Origin: a virus
Lineage: Duplodnaviria > Heunggongvirae > Uroviricota > Caudoviricetes
Strand: one strand, 5' to 3'
DNA: 4,438 nt
Virus record (IMG/VR): IMGVR_UViG_3300014539_000070
Part shown: positions 1 to 4,438 of the stretch, piece after piece
Layout of the letters: every line of letters starts with the position of its first letter
How positions within the stretch are numbered: position 1 is the stretch's first letter
Program-made: the position numbers and the translations under genes
The notes under the pieces: generated by a model
Told to the model about the DNA's origin: nothing
Databases searched by the model: none
Seen by the model: only the letters and a program-made list of their open reading frames with translations

Positions 1-59
1 TTGATGCCTACCCGGAACTGATTTGCCGTCCGCTTATCGCCAAAGATACCCGACTGATA

Positions 60-88
60 TTTACTCCCCTCCCCCACGGCGCTACAAT
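60..88 (+). promoter_or_regulatory. Candidate sigma70 promoter upstream of yegQ (-35 TTTACT 60-65, 17-bp spacer, -10 TACAAT 83-88)
   Basis: Hexamers read directly from the sequence, with correct spacing and about 80 nt to the yegQ ATG. Purely motif-based. Confidence 0.2.
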
Positions 89-169
89 GCCCGCCCTTAA
101 AGTGGGGGCACTCCCCTAACCGCTTCATCAGGTGAAGCGGATCTGACCTGTCATCAGAACGAGAGAATT

Positions 170-1531
170 ATGTTTAAACCGGAACTCCTTTCCCCGGCGG
201 GAACGCTGAAAAATATGCGTTACGCTTTCGCTTATGGCGCAGATGCTGTTTATGCGGGCCAGCCGCGTTATTCCCTGCGTGTGCGCAACAACGAATTCAA
301 CCACGAAAATCTTCAGCTCGGCATCAATGAAGCCCACGCGCTGGGGAAAAAGTTTTATGTCGTGGTCAACATTGCACCGCACAACGCCAAGCTGAAAACC
401 TTTATCCGTGACCTGAAACCGGTGGTGGAAATGGGGCCGGATGCGCTGATTATGTCCGATCCAGGGCTGATTATGCTGGTGCGTGAGCACTTCCCTGAAA
501 TGCCGATCCACCTTTCGGTGCAGGCTAACGCCGTGAACTGGGCGACGGTGAAATTCTGGCAGCAAATGGGCCTGACCCGCGTGATCCTCTCTCGCGAGCT
601 GTCGCTGGAAGAGATTGAAGAGATCCGCAATCAGGTGCCGGATATGGAGATCGAGATCTTCGTTCACGGCGCGCTGTGCATGGCCTACTCCGGTCGCTGC
701 CTGCTCTCTGGCTATATCAACAAGCGCGACCCGAACCAGGGCACCTGCACCAACGCCTGCCGCTGGGAGTACAACGTCCAGGAAGGGAAAGAAGATGATG
801 TTGGCAACATCGTACACAAGTACGAGCCGATTCCGGTGCAAAATGTTGAGCCGACGCTGGGTATCGGCGCACCAACCGACAAAGTGTTTATGATCGAAGA
901 GGCCCAGCGTCCGGGCGAGTATATGACCGCGTTTGAAGATGAGCACGGCACTTACATCATGAACTCGAAAGATCTGCGCGCCATCGCCCATGTAGAACGC
1001 CTGACCAAAATGGGCGTGCATTCGCTGAAAATCGAAGGTCGTACCAAATCTTTCTACTATTGTGCACGCACCGCACAGGTTTACCGCAAAGCTATCGATG
1101 ACGCCGCTGCGGGAAAACCGTTCGATACCAGCCTGCTGGAAACTCTGGAAGGTCTGGCGCATCGTGGCTATACCGAAGGTTTCCTGCGTCGTCATACTCA
1201 CGACGATTATCAGAACTACGAATACGGTTATTCAGTTTCTGACCGCCAGCAGTTTGTTGGTGAGTTTACCGGTGAGCGCAAGGGGGACCTCGCGGCGGTA
1301 GCGGTGAAAAATAAATTCTCCGTTGGCGACAGCCTTGAGCTGATGACGCCGCAAGGCAACATTAATTTTACCCTTGAGCACATGGAAAACGCCAAAGGCG
1401 AAGCTATGCCGATAGCACCAGGCGATGGTTATACTGTGTGGCTCCCGGTCCCGCAGGATCTTGAGCTCAATTACGCGCTGCTGATGCGTAATTTCTCCGG
1501 GGAAACCACGCGTAATCCCCACGGTAAGTGA
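170..1531 (+). CDS. yegQ: Peptidase U32-family protein YegQ/TrhP (tRNA U34 hydroxylation)
   Basis: 453-aa ORF, ATG at 170 and TGA at 1529-1531, with a weak GAGAGA Shine-Dalgarno upstream. It carries the U32 signature (EIFVHGALCMAYSGRC) and a further Cys pair (CTNAC). I recognise the protein as E. coli YegQ from memory, and the downstream cyaR/ogr neighbourhood matches the E. coli yegQ locus. Confidence 0.9.
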   Translation: MFKPELLSPAGTLKNMRYAFAYGADAVYAGQPRYSLRVRNNEFNHENLQLGINEAHALGKKFYVVVNIAPHNAKLKTFIRDLKPVVEMGPDALIMSDPGLIMLVREHFPEMPIHLSVQANAVNWATVKFWQQMGLTRVILSRELSLEEIEEIRNQVPDMEIEIFVHGALCMAYSGRCLLSGYINKRDPNQGTCTNACRWEYNVQEGKEDDVGNIVHKYEPIPVQNVEPTLGIGAPTDKVFMIEEAQRPGEYMTAFEDEHGTYIMNSKDLRAIAHVERLTKMGVHSLKIEGRTKSFYYCARTAQVYRKAIDDAAAGKPFDTSLLETLEGLAHRGYTEGFLRRHTHDDYQNYEYGYSVSDRQQFVGEFTGERKGDLAAVAVKNKFSVGDSLELMTPQGNINFTLEHMENAKGEAMPIAPGDGYTVWLPVPQDLELNYALLMRNFSGETTRNPHGK

Positions 1532-1565
1532 TTAATTTCGATTATTTTTCCCGGATGGAAAATTC

Positions 1566-1608
1566 TTAGAAACCGATCACATACAGCTGCATTTATTAAG
1601 GTTATCAT
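1566..1608 (+). promoter_or_regulatory. cyaR promoter: class II-type CRP site (TTAGA-N6-TCACA, 1566-1581) plus -10 TATCAT (1603-1608)
   Basis: The right half-site TCACA is perfect and the left half is degenerate. The site centre is about 42 bp upstream of the inferred cyaR 5' end at 1616. CyaR is known to be activated by cAMP-CRP. Confidence 0.5.
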
Positions 1609-1667
1609 CCGTTTCGCTGAAAAACATAACCCATAAAATGCTAGCTGTACCAGGAACCACCTCCTTA

Positions 1668-1702
1668 GCCTGTGTAATCTCCCTTACACGGGCTTATTTT
1701 TT
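1668..1702 (+). terminator. Intrinsic terminator of cyaR
   Basis: Stem GCCTGTGTAA (1668-1677) pairs with TTACACGGGC (1684-1693) with one G-U pair, around loop TCTCCC, followed by TTATTTTTT. Confidence 0.8.
1676..1702. other. P2-type attachment core (27 bp) at the host-prophage junction, coincident with the cyaR 3' end
   Basis: AATCTCCCTTACACGGGCTTATTTTTT is the reverse complement of AAAAAATAAGCCCGTGTAAGGGAGATT, which I recall as the P2 attP core. It lies about 100 bp beyond the ogr stop, as attP does in P2. Which junction this is (attR by P2 convention) cannot be settled from this window. Confidence 0.65.
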
Positions 1703-1742
1703 ACGTACAACAAATTGAAATAAAAGGATTTATTTCTGGTCA

Positions 1743-1761
1743 CGTCCACACATTGACCACA
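1743..1761. repeat. Two direct repeats cGTCCACA (1743-1750) and tGACCACA (1754-1761), 11 bp apart; candidate integrase arm-type binding sites
   Basis: The repeats are read directly from the sequence. They resemble the complement of the P2 Int arm consensus TGTGGACA as I recall it, and their position between the att core and ogr fits one att arm. Confidence 0.35.
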
Positions 1762-1766
1762 TCGAC

Positions 1767-1800
1767 AAAAAAAGCCCCTCGACTGAGGGGCTTCCTGTTT
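1767..1800 (-). terminator. Intrinsic terminator of ogr (and the late transcript), potentially bidirectional
   Basis: On the minus strand GCCCCTC-agtc-GAGGGGC is followed by TTTTTTT, directly after the ogr TAA. On the plus strand the same hairpin is followed by the T-rich TTCCTGTTT. Confidence 0.75.
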
Positions 1801-1804
1801 CTAA

Positions 1805-2023
1805 TTACATCCACATAATTTGCTGCCCTGACGGCAACGGGTGCGGCCTTACGGCGTGGACTTCTCCCGGCTTCACGATGTATCGCTGTACCGACTCATA
1901 AGTGATGAACGTGGCGCTGCAATTCACGTTCTGACACTGGTGATAACGCTCTTTTGTCGTGTCAGTGATATAGCGACTTGTACGCGCATGTGCGGCATGC
2001 TGGCATAAAGGACAATGAAACAT
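1805..2023 (-). CDS. ogr: Late-gene transcriptional activator Ogr (zinc-finger, 72 aa)
   Basis: MFHCPLCQ...QIMWM with the C-X2-C-X22-C-X4-C zinc-binding pattern. The ATG at 2023-2021 is preceded by GAGGTG about 7 nt upstream. The ORF track's longer 93-aa frame starts at 2086, but the 72-aa form matches P2 Ogr and E. coli OgrK in length. Confidence 0.9.
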   Translation of the reverse strand: MFHCPLCQHAAHARTSRYITDTTKERYHQCQNVNCSATFITYESVQRYIVKPGEVHAVRPHPLPSGQQIMWM

Positions 2024-2057
2024 CGCGAGCACCTCTTCCGGTTTTGTTGATGGTGCC

Positions 2058-2086
2058 ATTTTAGTTAATTTATCCTTATAAAACAA
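2058..2086 (-). promoter_or_regulatory. Candidate ogr promoter (minus strand -35 TTGTTT at 2086-2081, 17-bp spacer, -10 TAAAAT at 2063-2058)
   Basis: Hexamers read directly from the AT-rich D-ogr spacer, about 35 nt upstream of the ogr ATG. P2 ogr is known to have its own promoter. Motif-based only. Confidence 0.3.
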
Positions 2087-2104
2087 ACAGATAAAACAAA
2101 AACA

Positions 2105-3268
2105 TCACTCATCATCTTCTGTTTCATACTCCACATCAGAAAGCCTGACCTCAAGCTCCAGGGACGTCGTGAAGCCGCTATTATTCAGAAAATGTGTCAC
2201 CTTAGTGATTGTCCAGTCCTGCTCGTCTATGACGCGCTTAAAGCCTGACACTTTGACCGGCGTTTCCGTGTAAATATCTGCCCGACCGGTAGCCAGACTG
2301 ATGGAGAACTCCGCGACGCCCCGTTGCAGTTTGTCCCACTTCGCCTGAGCAGCGCGCATGGCCTGCGCTTTCGTGGCATATACCGTGGTCAGGGCAAAAA
2401 CGTTGTCAGCCTCACCGGCCATGTATTCACCTTCGCGCGCTTCCGGTACTTTTGGCGCTTTCTTCTGCGTGACCGGTTTCGCTTTCGGGTGCTCCAGTGC
2501 GCGCAGGTGTTTCTCTTTCTTTTTGCGTTTCAGTTTTACCTTCTGCTTTTGCGGCTTCGGGTCTTTGGTGTGTAACCACTTTGCCGTTACGCCTGTGTAG
2601 GCTCCACGGTCAGCAATCGCAAAATGATGACGGTCGCCGTCGCTGCGGGTGATGGTAATCTGCGGGATTTTTTTACCGCTGGCCGTCACCCCCTGCCCCG
2701 CTTTGAGAAACAGCAGTTTTCCCATTTTTACCGACACCTCACCGCCGTTGCGTTCAGCAAGACGGGTCAGGAATTTCGCATCGGACTCCTGCGACTGGTC
2801 GATGTGCGGGATTTTAATTCCGGCCAGTGACGGAGCGACACTGGCTTCCAGCCTGTTACGGGAGGCAATCGCCTCAACAATCGCACCGAGCGTGGTGTCA
2901 TGCCAGGAGCCTTCCCGGCGGGAATTGAGCGTCCCGCGAAAATCTGCACTCCGGGCGCGGATGGTAACCACATCCGGCGCGCCCCGGTGTTCAACCTCAT
3001 CAACGGTAAATTTCCCTTTGCATACCAGGGCAAAACCTTTCCAGCCGATATACACCGTCAGGACAGCGCCACGAATCGGTAGCCCGACCTGCCCGTCGGC
3101 ATCGTTCAGTTCAATATCAAGCTGGTCAGCCTCAAAGCCCCGGTTATCCGTCAGGGTCATGCTCATCAGACGGTCGCTGATATTGCCGGTAATATCCCTG
3201 CTGTCGAGCATCAGCATGTAATCCGGCGTCAGCGTACTGCCTGCATCAAATGTCAGCGCGTCCAGCAT
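2105..3268 (-). CDS. D: P2 gpD-like tail/baseplate protein (late control gene D family)
   Basis: 387-aa ORF of the length I recall for P2 gpD, placed between U and ogr as in P2. Its ATG overlaps the U stop (TAATG), and a G-rich Shine-Dalgarno (GGGGGCGGGA) lies upstream. Confidence 0.88.
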   Translation of the reverse strand: MLDALTFDAGSTLTPDYMLMLDSRDITGNISDRLMSMTLTDNRGFEADQLDIELNDADGQVGLPIRGAVLTVYIGWKGFALVCKGKFTVDEVEHRGAPDVVTIRARSADFRGTLNSRREGSWHDTTLGAIVEAIASRNRLEASVAPSLAGIKIPHIDQSQESDAKFLTRLAERNGGEVSVKMGKLLFLKAGQGVTASGKKIPQITITRSDGDRHHFAIADRGAYTGVTAKWLHTKDPKPQKQKVKLKRKKKEKHLRALEHPKAKPVTQKKAPKVPEAREGEYMAGEADNVFALTTVYATKAQAMRAAQAKWDKLQRGVAEFSISLATGRADIYTETPVKVSGFKRVIDEQDWTITKVTHFLNNSGFTTSLELEVRLSDVEYETEDDE

Positions 3269-3747
3269 TATCCCGCCCCCGTCATACCCGTGAATTTAGT
3301 CGCCATACTGCCAGCCTTACCGATGAGCGATTCCGCCTGTTTACCGATATCGCCATAAAGCGCGGCCAGTGATTCATCAACGCGGGTGAGCGACAACGTA
3401 AAATCAATTTTCCGGGGTGTGCCGTCTGCAAAGAAAATACTCCCTGTTTCACTCACCTTGCTGATGACATACATGCCGTAAATCATGCCGGTGCCATCCA
3501 GCAACGGCCACGCCCGGCCTTCCTCTGCCATCAGTCTGAGCGTGCTCATCGTCAGCTTTCCGCCAGTCAGTTCGGGATAAAGCACACCGGCAAGTGTGAT
3601 GTTCTCCTCACCCACACCGAGAAACTGATAGGCATCCCGTTTACCGATACGGGAATTTGACGGCCAGCGATAATCTGATTCACGCTGCATGGTCTGATGT
3701 GGCAGCGTCTGGCGCATAAAAACAAACATACCTAACGCGAGCATCAT
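3268..3747 (-). CDS. U: P2 gpU-like tail protein
   Basis: 159-aa ORF of the length I recall for P2 gpU. A strong Shine-Dalgarno AAGGAGGTG (plus 3755-3763) sits 6 nt upstream of the ATG and overlaps the T stop codon. Confidence 0.88.
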   Translation of the reverse strand: MMLALGMFVFMRQTLPHQTMQRESDYRWPSNSRIGKRDAYQFLGVGEENITLAGVLYPELTGGKLTMSTLRLMAEEGRAWPLLDGTGMIYGMYVISKVSETGSIFFADGTPRKIDFTLSLTRVDESLAALYGDIGKQAESLIGKAGSMATKFTGMTGAG

Positions 3748-3761
3748 TTTTCGTCACCTCC

Positions 3762-4438
3762 TTAACCGTCATGCATCATGCTGGCACGGGCGCGCGCTCG
3801 TTTATCCCGCTCGTATTTTTCGAGCGCATCCTGTAACTGGCGGTCAAGCTGTGTCCCCGGCACAGTACCACCGGTCAGGCTGATGTGATATTCGTTTTTA
3901 CTCTGGTCCACATAAGAGCGGCCAGCCGGTGCCGTGACCGGCTGATAAGCCTGATAGCCTGCATAAGAGCTGGTCGCCGGAATATAACCACCGGTGCCAT
4001 ACGTGGCGGCATGAGTTCTGGCGGCGGTCTGGTCAAGTGTGTCTGACTCTTTGTTGATGACGCCGAGTTTTTCCAGTACCCAGTCAATACCGCTGCGCAG
4101 TTTGTTGAACGCATTAAGCGGCAGCATCAGCGCGTCAGCCAGTGCCTGCCCGAACATGACGCCCGTGTCACGGCAACGGTTCAGAGTGTCCTGGGTGGCT
4201 TTGACCGGTGCAATCAGGTTTTTAAACCACTGCCACGCGGCCTGTAACTTTTCACCCAGCCAGTCAAACACCGGCTTAAGTGGCGTGAACAGTTCCCCCA
4301 CCGGCGCAAATGCCGCTTTCAGCCCTTCAACCACCCCGCCGAAGAATACGCTGACAGGCTCCCAGTATTTACGGATAAGCAACGCCCCGGCGACAATGGC
4401 GGCCACCACGGCCACAACCGGCCAGCTAATCGCCCCGA
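3762..4438 (-). CDS. T: Tail tape-measure protein gpT, 3'-terminal part (5' end lies beyond the window)
   Basis: The reading frame is open to the window edge, so the GTG at 4415 is not the true start. The TAA stop is at 3762-3764. The position upstream of U and the Gly/Ala-rich C-terminal sequence fit the P2 tape-measure protein. Confidence 0.85.
   Translation of the reverse strand, partial: GAISWPVVAVVAAIVAGALLIRKYWEPVSVFFGGVVEGLKAAFAPVGELFTPLKPVFDWLGEKLQAAWQWFKNLIAPVKATQDTLNRCRDTGVMFGQALADALMLPLNAFNKLRSGIDWVLEKLGVINKESDTLDQTAARTHAATYGTGGYIPATSSYAGYQAYQPVTAPAGRSYVDQSKNEYHISLTGGTVPGTQLDRQLQDALEKYERDKRARARASMMHDG

Larger units (their letters stand above)
1616..1702 (+). ncRNA. cyaR: Hfq-dependent small RNA CyaR (RyeE)
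   Basis: The 87-nt stretch GCTGAAAAACATAACCC...CTTACACGGGCTTATTTTTT matches the CyaR sequence as I remember it. It ends in a stem-loop plus U-tract and sits between yegQ and ogr as in E. coli K-12. Confidence 0.85.
1676..4438. mobile_element. Right end of a P2-like (Peduovirus-type) prophage, continuing beyond the window
   Basis: Collinear P2 late-region genes T-U-D-ogr on the minus strand, ending at the att core. The host genes yegQ and cyaR lie immediately to the left. Confidence 0.85.

Noticed and set aside
3-119. Frame open from the window edge to TAA at 117-119, a possible 3' end of an upstream gene
   Set aside because: It is only 38 codons with no recognisable sequence and overlaps the candidate yegQ promoter. 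It cannot be supported without upstream sequence.
128-1201. 357-aa ORF on the minus strand
   Set aside because: It lies entirely antisense to the well-supported yegQ CDS and has no ribosome-binding site or recognisable domain. It is better explained as a chance open frame opposite a real gene.
355-1522. Several 79-96-aa ORFs on both strands (355-630, 615-893, 712-951, 1062-1301, 1232-1522)
   Set aside because: All are nested inside yegQ in alternative frames or antisense, with low-complexity translations.
1601-1740. AT-rich stretches near the att core as possible IHF sites
   Set aside because: No convincing match to the IHF consensus WATCAANNNNTTR was found by eye.
2024-2086. N-terminal extension of ogr to 93 aa (MFYKDKLTKMAPSTKPEEVLA...)
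   Set aside because: Ogr family proteins start at MFHCPLCQ (72 aa), which has a good GAGGTG ribosome-binding site. The extension would run through the likely ogr promoter and has no ribosome-binding site of its own.
2324-3221. Plus-strand ORFs inside D (2324-2575, 2358-2600, 2624-2830, 2649-3221, 2900-3082) and minus-strand ORF 2767-3033
   Set aside because: These are antisense or out-of-frame to gpD. The F/L/R-rich translations are what the complement of the lysine-rich region would give by chance.
3875-4114. 79-aa minus-strand ORF inside T
   Set aside because: It is in an alternative frame of the tape-measure gene, with a Pro/Arg-rich low-complexity translation.
1-4438. CRISPR arrays, IS elements, tRNA or rRNA genes
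   Set aside because: No repeat-spacer periodicity, no terminal inverted repeats with a transposase, and no tRNA-like or rRNA sequence were seen. The phage integrates into an sRNA gene, not a tRNA gene.

Overview
This window is a host-prophage junction of Escherichia/Shigella type, and I see no undescribed system in it. Left to right: the host gene yegQ/trhP (170-1531, +), the CRP-dependent sRNA gene cyaR (about 1616-1702, +), and the right end of a P2-like prophage on the minus strand: ogr (1805-2023), tail gene D (2105-3268), tail gene U (3268-3747) and the 3' part of tape-measure gene T (3762 to the window edge). The 3' end of cyaR (1676-1702) matches the 27-bp P2 attachment core as I recall it, so the phage appears integrated into the sRNA gene's terminator. 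All intergenic gaps are short (14-102 bp) and are accounted for by promoters, terminators and att-flanking sequence; there is no room for cargo or defence genes, and no CRISPR, tRNA, rRNA or IS element. The known P2 variable regions (Z/fun, tin/old) would lie outside this window. Identifications are from reading the sequence and from memory of E. coli and P2 sequences; no database search was run.
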